Below the pieces are notes generated by a model that was not told where the DNA came from, did no database searches, and worked only from the letters and a program-made list of their open reading frames with translations. The position numbers were made by a program, and so were the translations under genes. Below are positions 1-10,392 of a DNA stretch of 64,000 nt, piece by piece; the first letter of the stretch is position 1; each line of letters starts with the position of its first letter. Where the stretch lies: positions 21,879 to 85,878 of the forward strand of contig JAUYMS010000048.1 in the NCBI GenBank assembly GCA_030698625.1, in the 5' to 3' direction. Source of the stretch: Candidatus Omnitrophota bacterium (GTDB taxonomy: Bacteria > Omnitrophota > Omnitrophia > Omnitrophales > Aquincolibacteriaceae).

Positions 1-762
1 ATGTTTTCTTCTTCGCGCATTCGCGATACGGCGAGTGGTATGCGTGTCGTGAAGCGATCCAGTTTGCCCAAACTCATGCCCTTGCCCGACGGCTTGCATT
101 TTACGCCGGCCATGAGTGCCCGTGCGATCCTGAGCCAGGATCTCAAAATCGAAGAGATCGACATGCCTTATGCCGAACGTGTAGGCAGATCCAAATTGAG
201 CGTGTGGAAGGACGGCTTGCGCTTTTTGAGGGTCATTTTTGAGTCGGCGTCCCTTTACCGTTTTTCAAGATTGCTGAATTTCCTCGGGGTTCTTTGCCTG
301 CTATTTGCCGGCGGCCTTATGATCGTACCCATACGCTACTATCTGGAACATCGCGCACTTCAGGAATGGATGATTTACCGCTTCATGGTCGGCAATCTTG
401 CCGGGACGAGCGCGTTCCTGCTGTTTAGTGTGGCGCACATCTGTAATAAGATCGTCGCGATCACATTATCGAACCGTCCTTGGTCTGAACACCGGAAGGG
501 TCTTATGGCGCATTTGCTGGCGCAGCGCCTCTTCTGGCTTCTGCCCCTCGCACTTGCTGTGGCCGGCGGATTGCTCGTGCTCCCGAGTTTTTTAAATTTA
601 TTGACTACCGGGATGACCTTTGAACACTGGTCGCGTTTTATGGCCATGACGTTTCTTTTTATCGTAGCCATCATTCTCGTTGTGACACGTCTCGTGGAGT
701 ATGCGCTTGAGCTGGTTGCGGCCCGCGTGGCCTATTTAAAATCGAAAAAAAGTAATATGTGA
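1..762 (+). CDS. C-terminal portion of a GT2-family polyprenyl-phosphate glycosyltransferase (GtrB/ArnC/DPM1-like); the 5' end lies outside the window
   Basis: ORF is open from the window edge. Block DMPYAERVGRSKLS resembles the R-x-G-x-SK region closing GT2 catalytic domains. It is followed by 3-4 hydrophobic helices, the same layout as the complete GT2 gene at 3174-4103. Confidence 0.5.
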   Translation: MFSSSRIRDTASGMRVVKRSSLPKLMPLPDGLHFTPAMSARAILSQDLKIEEIDMPYAERVGRSKLSVWKDGLRFLRVIFESASLYRFSRLLNFLGVLCLLFAGGLMIVPIRYYLEHRALQEWMIYRFMVGNLAGTSAFLLFSVAHICNKIVAITLSNRPWSEHRKGLMAHLLAQRLFWLLPLALAVAGGLLVLPSFLNLLTTGMTFEHWSRFMAMTFLFIVAIILVVTRLVEYALELVAARVAYLKSKKSNM

Positions 763-815
763 GTGCATAAAAGGTCTAGCACACTCTGGGAGCTAAAGAT
801 TACGGGAGCAGCATA

Positions 816-2453
816 ATGTCGAGATTCGAAAACTGTAAGACTGCGCTTTTGGCCTTCATCTTGGTCTCGGCCACCTTTTTGCTGCAGAGGAATGTTTTCA
901 TTAATCTAGCGGACGAAGGCTTTCTTTGGTACGGAACCTGGCGCGCGTCGCTCGGCGAGGTGCCTCTCCGGGATTTTACCGCTTATTATCCGGGCCGCTA
1001 TTACTGGGGTGCGTTGTGGTTTAAGCTTTTTGGGGATGGGGTCTTGGCCTTAAGGGCGTCTAACGCGATATTTCAGTTCCTTGGCCTGACGTGCGGCTTG
1101 CTCGTGTTACGGCGTTTGTCGCGTCAATGGCGGTTTCTGATCCCCGCCGGACTTGTCTTGCTCCTGTGGATGCACCCTCTCTATAAAGTTTTTGAGATGA
1201 GTATCGTAATGGCATGCTTGTATTTCGCCGTTCGATTGATCGAGAACCCTACCGCTCGCCGCCTTTTTACTACCGGGGTTTTTGTAGGATTAGCAGCTTG
1301 TTTTGGGCGTCATCTCGGTCTTTATTCCTTTCTTGTATTTCTCTCGTTAATCATGATTCTGCGGTTTAGGTATGATTCTGAAACGGAAGGCCCGAGGAAT
1401 ATTTTCAAGCGCATTGCGATTTGGAGCGGTGGAATTATAGTCGGTTTTTCACCTATTCTATTAATGGTTCTCATGGTCCCCGGTTTCTTTGGCGCGTTTT
1501 TGGACGGCTTCATGATCTTTTATCGTATCAAAACGACCAATATCACCCTACCGATCCCGCTGCCATGGAACGTCTTTAGTCACCTTTATCCGCAGGTGAA
1601 CTTTTCGGCGTCATGGGCGGCACGGTTTATCCTGATGTGTGCGGGAATTCTATATATTGTTTGGTTGGGGTTTTTTGTGTTGACCCTGCTCTGTGTTGTG
1701 TTCAAGAAGCCTCGGCTCACACCGCCGATGACGGTGCTTATCGCGAGCGCTCTTGTCGCAGCCCCGTGCTTTCATTACGCGGCTACCCGATATGATTTTG
1801 ATCACATTGCCATGAACATCTATCCGTTACTGACGGGTTTCTTAGCGCTTTCGTTTGTCTTGGAACCGTACCGTAAGAGAATCACGGGTGCGGCATGTCG
1901 AGTGGTCAGAGGTGGTGTTGTGCTATCGGCCTTTCCGGCAATTCTTCTGTCCTCAGGGTATCTGAAACCGGGCGCGGAAGCGGGTGCCCTCGTTCAGGCG
2001 CAGATCGGCGAGGATCGCCTCTGGGTGAGAAAGGAACGGGCCTATTTGATTGAGCGCATACGGCAACTCGATAGAAACTGTTTTGACGCCGAGGAGGGTT
2101 TGCTGGTTGCTCCCCATTGGCCTACTATTTATCCGATGCTCAAAAGGGAATCCCCGCTCCATATGATTTACTTTCTATTTCAAGAAACCGCGGATAGGCA
2201 ACGCGATATGATTGCCGCGATTGAAGCAAAGAATGTAAACTGGGCCATCTTGGGAGACGTAAAACTCGACGGGCGTGAGGATCTGCGTTTTCGGAATACT
2301 CACCGCCTCCTCTGGGAACATATTGTAAATGAGTTCGACCCGATATCTATTTCCGGCTTCCCGGACAACTATCTGCTGTATCACCGTCGAGGGAAGGGGC
2401 ATAACATCAGCGCTTTCTGCGCCACAGCAATTAACGAGGGCCAAACGGCATAA
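816..2453 (+). CDS. Polytopic membrane protein, putative GT-C fold glycosyltransferase (ArnT/PMT-like)
   Basis: 545 aa. About 10 hydrophobic helices in the first ~370 aa, with an acidic NLADEGF (DE-type) motif in the first loop typical of GT-C enzymes. Soluble C-terminal ~170 aa. Confidence 0.5.
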   Translation: MSRFENCKTALLAFILVSATFLLQRNVFINLADEGFLWYGTWRASLGEVPLRDFTAYYPGRYYWGALWFKLFGDGVLALRASNAIFQFLGLTCGLLVLRRLSRQWRFLIPAGLVLLLWMHPLYKVFEMSIVMACLYFAVRLIENPTARRLFTTGVFVGLAACFGRHLGLYSFLVFLSLIMILRFRYDSETEGPRNIFKRIAIWSGGIIVGFSPILLMVLMVPGFFGAFLDGFMIFYRIKTTNITLPIPLPWNVFSHLYPQVNFSASWAARFILMCAGILYIVWLGFFVLTLLCVVFKKPRLTPPMTVLIASALVAAPCFHYAATRYDFDHIAMNIYPLLTGFLALSFVLEPYRKRITGAACRVVRGGVVLSAFPAILLSSGYLKPGAEAGALVQAQIGEDRLWVRKERAYLIERIRQLDRNCFDAEEGLLVAPHWPTIYPMLKRESPLHMIYFLFQETADRQRDMIAAIEAKNVNWAILGDVKLDGREDLRFRNTHRLLWEHIVNEFDPISISGFPDNYLLYHRRGKGHNISAFCATAINEGQTA

Positions 2454-2478
2454 GCTTAATCGATACCTGGTTTTTGAA

Positions 2479-3177
2479 ATGTCGACGAATAAGATTATTA
2501 TTACTCAGTCCGATTATATCCCGTGGAAGGGTTATTTTGACTCTATCCATATGGCGGATGTGGTCGTGTTGTACGACGACGCCCAATACACACGGCGCGA
2601 CTGGAGAAATCGAAATAAGATCAAAACCGCAAACGGGGTGAAGTGGCTTACGATCCCGGTTCACGTGAAAGAAAAATATCATCAAAAGATCAACGAGGTT
2701 AGAATCAGCGATCCGGAATGGAAGGAGAAACACTGGAAATCTCTCGCGGGATGTTACCGGAAGGCCAGGTATTTTGAGGAGTATGGGCCGATACTCGAAG
2801 CTCTTTACCGGAATTGCACTTTTGAATTGCTGAGTGAAATTAATTTTACTTTCTTGCGAGCGATCTGTAAGCTACTAAACATCGATACGGCATTCAAGTG
2901 GTCCGGCGAGTTTCCGGTTACCGGGGATAAGAGCGAGCGGTTGCTGCGGATATGCCGGGAACTTAACGCGACTCATTATCTTACAGGGCCCGCGGCCAAG
3001 GATTATTTGAATACGGATGTGTTTCGCAGCGAGGGAATTGAGGTGGAGTGGCTTGATTATTCGGGGTATCCTGAATACACGCAGTTACACCCGCCCTTTG
3101 AACACGGGGTTACAATCTTGGATCTTATCTTTAATGAAGGACCCAACGCCGCAAAATATATGAAAACTTTTTCATGA
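2479..3177 (+). CDS. WbqC-like family protein (polysaccharide biosynthesis accessory)
   Basis: MSTNKIIITQSDYIPWKGYFDSIHMADVVVLYDDAQYTRRDWRNRNKIKTANGVKWLTIPV matches the WbqC-family N-terminal signature (YxPxxGYF...D..Q...R.W.NRN.I....G..WLTIP). The ORF-track upstream extension from 2329 overlaps the previous gene; the first ATG after its stop is at 2479. Confidence 0.7.
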   Translation: MSTNKIIITQSDYIPWKGYFDSIHMADVVVLYDDAQYTRRDWRNRNKIKTANGVKWLTIPVHVKEKYHQKINEVRISDPEWKEKHWKSLAGCYRKARYFEEYGPILEALYRNCTFELLSEINFTFLRAICKLLNIDTAFKWSGEFPVTGDKSERLLRICRELNATHYLTGPAAKDYLNTDVFRSEGIEVEWLDYSGYPEYTQLHPPFEHGVTILDLIFNEGPNAAKYMKTFS

Positions 3178-4103
3178 AGCTCTCGATCGTCACAACCCTG
3201 TACTGTTCCGCGCCTTATCTGGAAGAATTCTACTCGCGCGTCCGCGCCGAAGCCGAAAAAATTACGAGTGACTTCGAGATTATCCTTACCAACGACGGAT
3301 CGCCCGACAATTCCCTTGATGTCGCTATAAGTATCCAGGAGAAGGATTCTAAGGTCCGAGTCATAGATCTATCCCGCAATTTTGGACATCACAAAGCCAT
3401 TATGACGGGCCTTGCTCATACAAGCGGAGAGACCGTTTTCTTAATCGATTGTGACCTGGAGGAAGCCCCGGAGCTTCTGGGGCTATTTGAGCGCAAGCTG
3501 CAAGAAGTGAAGGCTGACGTAGTTTACGGTGTTCAGAAGGCCCGAAAAGGAAATATCTTTGAAAAGATAACCGGGGCAATTTTTTATCATCTTATCAACT
3601 TTCTTTCTACAAGCGCCATCCCGAAGAACGTCGTTACGGCGCGGTTCATGAGCCGGAGATATGTCGATGCCCTGGTTCAACACAAGGATCGCGAGATCTT
3701 CCTGGCGGGATTGTGGGCGATTACGGGCTTTCGGCAGGTGCCGGTTACGGTCGAAAAGCGTGACAAAGGGAAAACGACCTACAATCTTGCGCTCAGGATA
3801 TCGGCGTTCGTCAACGCGATTACCTCGTTCAGCAGCAAACCACTGGTCTACATCTTCTATATAGGGGCGATCATCTTCTTGGCTTCGAGCGTTGCCGCTT
3901 TATACCTCATGGTGAGGCGAGTTTTCTTCGGCATCTACCTGGCCGGTTGGCCGTCCTTAATCGTTTCCATATGGCTGTTAGGGGGGTTGACGATCTTTTG
4001 TGTCGGGCTTCTGGGCATCTATTTATCGAAGGTGTACATGGAGACTAAGGATAGACCCTATACTATCGTGCGACAAATTTATGAAAAAAAAGGCAAACCG
4101 TGA
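3174..4103 (+). CDS. GT2 glycosyltransferase, GtrB/ArnC/DPM1-like (polyprenyl-phosphate sugar synthase)
   Basis: N-terminal LSIVTTLYCSAPYLEEF...ILTNDGSPDNS...DCDLEE (GT2 DxD-type catalytic domain), then RDKGKTTY and two C-terminal TM helices. ATGA overlap with the upstream gene. Confidence 0.85.
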   Translation: MKLSIVTTLYCSAPYLEEFYSRVRAEAEKITSDFEIILTNDGSPDNSLDVAISIQEKDSKVRVIDLSRNFGHHKAIMTGLAHTSGETVFLIDCDLEEAPELLGLFERKLQEVKADVVYGVQKARKGNIFEKITGAIFYHLINFLSTSAIPKNVVTARFMSRRYVDALVQHKDREIFLAGLWAITGFRQVPVTVEKRDKGKTTYNLALRISAFVNAITSFSSKPLVYIFYIGAIIFLASSVAALYLMVRRVFFGIYLAGWPSLIVSIWLLGGLTIFCVGLLGIYLSKVYMETKDRPYTIVRQIYEKKGKP

Positions 4104-4723
4104 ACTACCGGGCGATCCTCGACGACGTCGGAAATTATTACGGTGAGAAGCTCAAAGCTCACGGCGCGACACCGCAGGGCGTGGATTGGAATTCGCGCGA
4201 ATCCCAAGAGTTAAGATTCGCGCAACTCCTGAAGATCCGTGACGGGGCGGATTCCTTCTCTGTAAATGATTACGGCTGTGGTTATGCCGCTCTCGTTGAG
4301 TATCTGATCAGGCAGGGTTTTACGTTTGAATACACCGGGTTTGACATATCGGTGCTCATGATAGAAAAGGCAAAAGAACTGCACGCGAAGTCGAATTTTT
4401 GCAGGTTTGTCTCCGACGAATCTCTTCTAACCGTAGCCGATTACACGGTTGCCAGCGGCATTTTTAATGTCAAGTTGAGTTCGCCTGACGAGGAATGGCA
4501 GCCGTATGTCCTTAATACGATCAAGAAAATAGACGCCCTTAGTAAGAGGGGGTTCGCATTTAATATGCTGACAGAATACTCGGATCCTGAATATATGCGC
4601 CCTGATCTTTACTACCCGGCCCCGTCATTCTTTTTCGATTACTGTAAAAGAAACGTTTCCAAACACGTGTCGCTTTTACACGATTATCCGCTGTATGAGT
4701 TCACGATTTTAGTAAGAAAGTAA
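4100..4723 (+). CDS. Class I SAM-dependent methyltransferase
   Basis: Motif I VNDYGCGYAALVEYL (DxGCGxG). ~200 aa Rossmann-size protein. GTGA overlap with the GT2 gene. Confidence 0.7.
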   Translation: MNYRAILDDVGNYYGEKLKAHGATPQGVDWNSRESQELRFAQLLKIRDGADSFSVNDYGCGYAALVEYLIRQGFTFEYTGFDISVLMIEKAKELHAKSNFCRFVSDESLLTVADYTVASGIFNVKLSSPDEEWQPYVLNTIKKIDALSKRGFAFNMLTEYSDPEYMRPDLYYPAPSFFFDYCKRNVSKHVSLLHDYPLYEFTILVRK

Positions 4724-4733
4724 GGAGAAGGTC

Positions 4734-5393
4734 ATGGCCAAAGTGGTGATTTTCGGCGCAGGAGATATAGCGCGATTGGCGCACTATTATTTTCTTCACG
4801 ATAGCGAACACGAGGTCGTTGCCTTCGCCGTCGATAAAGAGTATCGCAAGGGGGGCACGTTTCTTGATTTGCCGTTGATCGACTTCGACAGCGTAACGGC
4901 CCGGTATCCGGTAACGGATTGCAAAATGTTTGTGGCATTGAGTTACAACCGGATGAACCATGTGCGTGCAGAAAAATATGCCCTGGCGAAAAAGATGGGT
5001 TATGAGTTGCTGAGTTATGTGAGCAGCCGGTGTTCTCTGTTAACGGAGAATCCCGTGGGAGAAAACTGCTTTATTCTGGAGGACAACACAATACAGCCTT
5101 TTGCCACCGTGGGGAACAATGTGACCCTTTGGAGCGGAAACCACATCGGTCACGATTCGGTCATCGGCGACCACTGTTTTATCACTTCACACGTTGTCAT
5201 TTCGGGGAATACGCGTGTGGGGGATTATAGCTTTATCGGTGTCAATGCGACGCTGCGTAACGGTATTACGATCGCAAATGAAACCTTGATAGGTGCCGGG
5301 GCCGTTATTATGAAAAACACGGTCGAAAAAGGGGTCTACCTTCCGCCGCGGGCAGTGCTCCATCATAAGAAGAGTGATGAAATCGAATTGTGA
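4734..5393 (+). CDS. NeuD/PglD-like sugar N/O-acyltransferase (left-handed beta-helix hexapeptide family)
   Basis: N-terminal Rossmann-like KVVIFGAGDIARL, then hexapeptide repeats (VGNNVTLWSGNHIGHDSVIGDHCFITSHVVISGNTRVGDYSFIGVNATL...IGAGAVI). Confidence 0.8.
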   Translation: MAKVVIFGAGDIARLAHYYFLHDSEHEVVAFAVDKEYRKGGTFLDLPLIDFDSVTARYPVTDCKMFVALSYNRMNHVRAEKYALAKKMGYELLSYVSSRCSLLTENPVGENCFILEDNTIQPFATVGNNVTLWSGNHIGHDSVIGDHCFITSHVVISGNTRVGDYSFIGVNATLRNGITIANETLIGAGAVIMKNTVEKGVYLPPRAVLHHKKSDEIEL

Positions 5394-5436
5394 AATGAGT
5401 GCAACAATTGACAAGCATAGGAATCGCGCAAAAAAA

Positions 5437-6354
5437 ATGAAGTGGGTTAAGAAGGGTCTTATCTTTGAGTTGCAGAGTAAGCTTCCATGGATGACAACGC
5501 ACGCGGCGATCCCCTTTGCGGATCAGGACGGCGATCATTGTCGGGTTTATTTTAGTGCCCGAGATAAAGATGGTAGGGCTCAGATCGGTTTCTTTGGGAT
5601 TGATTTCCGGAATCCCGAAAAGCTCATAGGAGTCAGTGAGAAACCGGTGCTCAGCTTGGGTTCATTGGGTACTTTTGATGATCGGGGTCTAACGACATCC
5701 TGGATCGTTAATCATGGCGGTAGGAAATATCAGTATTATTCTGGCTGGAGCCTCGGTGTGACTGTGCCTTTTTATTTGGCGATTGGTCTTGCCGTCAGCG
5801 ACGATCGTGGGAAAACTTTTCAGAAGGTCTCGGAAGGCCCGATTTTGGCGAGAAGTGAAAAAGATCCGTATCTTACGGCATCTCCCTGTGTGCTCATTGA
5901 AAACGGAATATGGCGGATGTGGTACGTCTCCGGCATGAAATGGGAGTTGGGAAGCGGGAAACCAAAGCATTATTATCATATTAGGTATGCGGAATCTCGC
6001 GATGGGGTCCATTGGGACAGACGCGGCGTCGTTTGTATCGATTTTAAGTCCCCGGATGAGTACGCCATCGCCAGGCCTTGCGTCCTTAAAGATGAGGATG
6101 GTTATAAGATGTGGTATTCCTATAGAGGCGAGAGTTACCGTATCGGTTATGCAGAATCCGAAGACGGGATAAAGTGGACCCGGAAGGATGATGAGGCTGG
6201 CATAGACGTATCCACCGCGGGTTGGGATTCCGAGATGATCGAGTACCCCTTTGTGTTCGACCACGGCAGCAAAAGGTACATGCTTTATAACGGAAACGGT
6301 TACGGCAAAACCGGCATCGGGTTGGCGGAGTTAGCCCCGCCGGCACCCTGTTAA
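5437..6354 (+). CDS. Beta-propeller glycosidase/phosphorylase-like protein (GH43/GH130 or DUF377-like)
   Basis: Repeated W-x-MWY blades (WRMWYVSG, YKMWYSYRG, YMLYNGNG) typical of 5-bladed propeller glycosidases. The ORF track starts at 5374, overlapping the NeuD gene. I chose the in-frame ATG at 5437 (MKWVKKGLIF); the true start is uncertain. Confidence 0.5.
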   Translation: MKWVKKGLIFELQSKLPWMTTHAAIPFADQDGDHCRVYFSARDKDGRAQIGFFGIDFRNPEKLIGVSEKPVLSLGSLGTFDDRGLTTSWIVNHGGRKYQYYSGWSLGVTVPFYLAIGLAVSDDRGKTFQKVSEGPILARSEKDPYLTASPCVLIENGIWRMWYVSGMKWELGSGKPKHYYHIRYAESRDGVHWDRRGVVCIDFKSPDEYAIARPCVLKDEDGYKMWYSYRGESYRIGYAESEDGIKWTRKDDEAGIDVSTAGWDSEMIEYPFVFDHGSKRYMLYNGNGYGKTGIGLAELAPPAPC

Positions 6355-6411
6355 GAGCTCAAAAAACACGACACGATCGATGCGAATACCTTATTAAAGG
6401 GTAAGGAATAC

Positions 6412-7236
6412 ATGGGAGTGCGAAACGGCAAAGTTAAAGAAAGATGGCTTGCAGATGTTTTGGAAAGCATGCGATGCCTGGGTTATGCGGTAGTTGAGGG
6501 TATTTTGGGCTCTTCGTTTGTGGAAACCACGAAAAACGCCATGTATGAAGTGCAGAAAAGAATCATAGCAGATCTTGGAAAGGAACGTTTGGATCGCGCG
6601 GGAGAGTTGGGTGTGCTGCGACTAATGATGAAATACCATCCGCACTTTTTCCGGTTTTTGGAGATACCGGAAGTCTTGGCCATTGTCGACCATACGGTTT
6701 CGGCGGCGGCAGTAATGCACCTTCAAAACGGATTCATACTTCCTTCCTGTCCGAAAGACAGGACGCCGGACGTTTTTCAAAATCGGTTTCATCCGGATTT
6801 CAGGCGCGTGCTTAATGGCTACATGGTATCCGTGAATATTATGTTTGCTATCGATGATTTTTCTAGAGAGAACGGCGGTACTCTCATTGTTCCCGGAACG
6901 CATCAAAAGGAACCCCCTGCCGATCAAGATTATATGGAGCAGAAGGCCATAGCGGTAACGTGTCCCAAGGGTAGTATGTTCGTCTTCGACTCCACTTTAT
7001 GGCATGCGGCGGGTGTGAATATCTCCGGTAAAGATCGATTGGCGATCAATCATCAGTTCACAAGATCTTATATCAAGCAGCAGATCGATTATGTGAGGGC
7101 GCTTGGAGATGAGGTGGTGCTCGCACAAAATCCGCGAACGCAACAATTGCTCGGTTGGTATACGCGCGTAGTGACCAGCCTCAATGAGTACTATCTCCCG
7201 CAAGAGGAAAGATTGTATCGGAAAGGACAGGGCTGA
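6412..7236 (+). CDS. Phytanoyl-CoA dioxygenase (PhyH) family Fe(II)/2-oxoglutarate oxygenase
   Basis: H-x-D facial triad [18 protein letters not shown], and distal His in [10 protein letters not shown]. ~270 aa. Confidence 0.65.
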   Translation: MGVRNGKVKERWLADVLESMRCLGYAVVEGILGSSFVETTKNAMYEVQKRIIADLGKERLDRAGELGVLRLMMKYHPHFFRFLEIPEVLAIVDHTVSAAAVMHLQNGFILPSCPKDRTPDVFQNRFHPDFRRVLNGYMVSVNIMFAIDDFSRENGGTLIVPGTHQKEPPADQDYMEQKAIAVTCPKGSMFVFDSTLWHAAGVNISGKDRLAINHQFTRSYIKQQIDYVRALGDEVVLAQNPRTQQLLGWYTRVVTSLNEYYLPQEERLYRKGQG

Positions 7237-7259
7237 GGAAGCGCGAGCCAGATATCATA

Positions 7260-8392
7260 TGAGACATATTCCTTTTAATAAACCGTCCTTTACCGGCCAC
7301 GAACTTCACTACATTTGCAAGGCCGTGCTGAGCGGCAAGATATCCGGAGACGGGATCTATACGGAGAAATGTAGCCGTTTCCTCGAGAAAAAATTCAACG
7401 CACCACGGGTTCTACTGACAAATTCAGGTACCGCCGCCCTAGAACTGGCCTCGATATTGATCGATCTAAAAGAAGGGGACGAGGTGATCGCGCCGTCTTA
7501 CACTTTCCCCTCGACAATTAACGCGTTTATGCTGCGGGGTGCCAAACCGGTTTTTGTCGACATTCATCCCGACACCATGAATATAGACGTGAGTCTTGTT
7601 GCAAGCCGCATCACGAGGAAGACCCGCGCGATCTACCCCGTGCATTATGCGGGTATTTCGTGCGATATGGGCACGATTCAGGAGCTTGCGAAGAAACATG
7701 ATCTCGCCGTGGTGGAGGATGCCGCGCAGGGGGTTAACTCGAAATACAAAAATGAGTACTTGGGCACGATCGGGACATTCGGTTGCTATAGTTTTCACGA
7801 GACCAAAAATGTGATGGCGGGCGAAGGCGGGGCGCTCGTTATTAATGACACGCGATTTACGGCGAGGGCTGAAATCATCCGCGAGAAAGGGACGGACCGC
7901 AGCAAACATTTCCGCGGAGAGGTTGATAAATATACCTGGCAGGAAATCGGAAGTTCGTATCTGCCGTCCGATGTTTTGGCAGCTTTTCTTTTCGCCCAGC
8001 TCGAGGCCATTGACGAAATCACGCGCAAGAGAAAAAAAATCTATGACACCTATTTTGATTCCCTTCGGTTTCTTGAAAAGGAGGGTAAGGCGAAACTGCC
8101 TTTCGTGCCTGTGGATTGCGTTCCGAATTTCCATATGTTTTATCTGGTACTTCAGAGTGAAAATGCGAGAGATGAGTTAATGAAAGATTTAAGCACTCAC
8201 GGCATAACGAGTGTCTTTCATTTCATCCCGTTGCACACATCTCCGATGGGGCGCAAGCTTGGATGGAAGGACGGTGATTTGCCGGTGACGGAGAGCATGA
8301 GCGCAAGACTCTTAAGGCTCCCATTCTATAATGATATGCTTGAGGAAGAGCAAGTTTATGTCATTGAGAAAATAAGAGACTTTTTTCGTTGA
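7260..8392 (+). CDS. DegT/DnrJ/EryC1/StrS-family PLP-dependent sugar aminotransferase
   Basis: IPFNKPSFTGHELHYI...start typical of WecE/ArnB-like enzymes; SFHETKNVMAGEGGALV region (PLP-Lys neighbourhood). The first ATG after the upstream stop is at 7260. Confidence 0.85.
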
Positions 8393-8407
8393 TGTTGATG
8401 AGGTGTC

Positions 8408-10381
8408 ATGTTTAAACCACGGCATCCTGCCGAGGCCGTTCGCTTTTCTTTTCATGCCGGGGTCGTAAGCACCCTCGTTCTTCTGGGATTTATCGTCTAC
8501 TCCAATATCGTTCAAGCCCCGTTCCAGTTTGATGACAAACGTTTTGTGCTCCACAACACCGCCATTCGCGATGCCGGTAATCTTTCCGTTATCTGGGGCC
8601 GGGATAAGACACGATTTATTCCATTCTGGAGTTTTGCGCTCAATTACAGTATGGCCGGAACAAACGTTGCGGCCTATCATTTAACCAATATCCTCATACA
8701 CGCGCTTAATAGCGTGTTGGTCTACTTTCTTCTCCTGGCTTTTTTTCAGACTCCGCGGATGCGGGGCGATCCCGCGGCAAAGAAGGCGCAGTATATCTCA
8801 GCCGCGGCAGCCTTTATCTTTCTCTGTCATCCTCTTCAGACTCAGGCCGTAACCTACATCTCTCAGCGCATGGCCTCTCTGGCGTGTCTGTTTTATCTTG
8901 CGACCGTTTTCTTCTATGTAAAAGCACGCTTGAGCCGGAACGGTTATCTGCTGATTCCGGCGCTGCTTTGTGCGGTGCTCGCGGTGTTTACGAAGCAGAA
9001 TACCTTTACGCTGCCCTTTGCGCTGGCCCTATGTGAGATCTGTTTCTGGGGCCTTGAAAAGGAGAGCAGCTTCAAGCGGACGCTCGGAGGGATTGTCGTT
9101 TTCTTTCTGCCTCTGGGAGTTGCCTATCTCGCCTTTTTTGCGCGTGAGGACATTTCATCGTCGACCCGCATGCTCACCGATGTGCCGCGGAGTCATTATC
9201 TTTTTAGCCAGATTAATGTGGTGCGAACCTATCTTAGACTGCTGATTCTGCCGGTGGGGCAGACCATTGACTACGATTATCCGCTTTCGACAACATTATT
9301 TGAATTCAAAACACTGGCGTCGCTCAGTCTGCATCTTCTGCTCCTATACCTGGCCGCGCGCAGCTGGAAGCGGTACCCGCTCTATGCCTTCGGTATTCTT
9401 TGGTTCTATCTCACGCTTAGCATTGAATCCAGCATCATCCCGATCAATGATCTAATTTTCGAGCATCGTGTCTATCTGCCGATGGTCGGATTCGTAGCCA
9501 TTGTGCCCGGCGTGGTGTTTCAAATGTTCAGCAGTGAAAGAAATGCGCGGATTTTCCTGATCGCTGCCATCGCGGCGATGAGTGTCTTAACGCTCATGCG
9601 GAATCATGTCTGGGGCGATGATCTCAGGCTTTGGCATGATGCGGTTGAAAAGGCGCCTGGGAAATCGCGGCCGTATAACAATCTTGCCAGGGCTTATGGA
9701 GACCGGCGGGAATACAAGAAGGCATTTGAATATATTACGACATCTCTGAGGTTGAACCCTGAGGATTCCAAGGCCGTATACAACCGCGGTATCATTTATG
9801 CCGCGACCGGCGAGGATGCCAAGGCCACTGCAGACTTCGAAAAAGCGATCGAATTGGGCTATGACGATTTCGCAGAACTCTATTATAATTCGGGGCGCAG
9901 CTACGGAAAGCAGGGCAATCGTGAGAAGGAAATAGAGGCTTACCGTAAAGGGCTCCAGCTCGATCCGCTCGATTATACGATTCACAATGCCGTCGGCGCA
10001 TGGTACCTGCTCGGCGGTGAACTCGAAGAGGCCGTGCCCGCGTTTCTGAAAGCTGCCGAGATCAGCCCGAAGTCCGCCGAGGTTCAGAACAATCTCGGGA
10101 GGCTGTATGGTGACCTTAAGCAGTATAAGAAATCCATCGAGCATTATCTTAGGGCCATGTTGATCGATCCCCGCGCGCTGGAACCGTATAATGGGATCGG
10201 GTGGGTTTATATTCAGATGGCCCGGTTCGACGAAGCGATCGAATATCTTGAAAAGGGAATTGAGATGTATCCGAAAGAAGAGCGGCTTCACAAAAACCTG
10301 GCGAACGCGTACTTGCTCAAAGGCGACGAAAAGGCTTTCAATGAACAGCTGGCGATTCTAAAATCACTGAAATCGATATGA
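8408..10381 (+). CDS. TMTC-like membrane glycosyltransferase (DUF1736-type GT-C) with C-terminal TPR repeats
   Basis: N-terminal ~400 aa polytopic with FQFDDKRFVLHN (DUF1736/TMTC signature). C-terminal ~250 aa with >=6 TPR-like repeats (AYNNLARAY, AVYNRGIIY, LYYNSGRSY, EVQNNLGRLY, LHKNLANAY). GAGGTG precedes the ATG. Confidence 0.7.
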   Translation: MFKPRHPAEAVRFSFHAGVVSTLVLLGFIVYSNIVQAPFQFDDKRFVLHNTAIRDAGNLSVIWGRDKTRFIPFWSFALNYSMAGTNVAAYHLTNILIHALNSVLVYFLLLAFFQTPRMRGDPAAKKAQYISAAAAFIFLCHPLQTQAVTYISQRMASLACLFYLATVFFYVKARLSRNGYLLIPALLCAVLAVFTKQNTFTLPFALALCEICFWGLEKESSFKRTLGGIVVFFLPLGVAYLAFFAREDISSSTRMLTDVPRSHYLFSQINVVRTYLRLLILPVGQTIDYDYPLSTTLFEFKTLASLSLHLLLLYLAARSWKRYPLYAFGILWFYLTLSIESSIIPINDLIFEHRVYLPMVGFVAIVPGVVFQMFSSERNARIFLIAAIAAMSVLTLMRNHVWGDDLRLWHDAVEKAPGKSRPYNNLARAYGDRREYKKAFEYITTSLRLNPEDSKAVYNRGIIYAATGEDAKATADFEKAIELGYDDFAELYYNSGRSYGKQGNREKEIEAYRKGLQLDPLDYTIHNAVGAWYLLGGELEEAVPAFLKAAEISPKSAEVQNNLGRLYGDLKQYKKSIEHYLRAMLIDPRALEPYNGIGWVYIQMARFDEAIEYLEKGIEMYPKEERLHKNLANAYLLKGDEKAFNEQLAILKSLKSI

Positions 10382-10392
10382 GGAACTGCTAG

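Noticed and set aside
2329-2478. N-terminal extensions in the ORF track (2329-2478 for the WbqC-like gene, 11243-11353 for the hypothetical gene, 49178-49390 for the lipoprotein gene, 57662-57739 for the TolC-like gene, 5374-5436 for the propeller gene)
   Set aside because: These are read-through from the previous stop in an open frame. They overlap the upstream gene or precede an obvious signal peptide, so the downstream start codons are more plausible.
375-10291. Antisense or alternate-frame ORFs inside the glycan-locus genes (375-674, 5689-6264, 7466-8134, 9587-10291 and others)
   Set aside because: Each is embedded in a gene with clear family signatures on the + strand. No domain is recognisable in their products.
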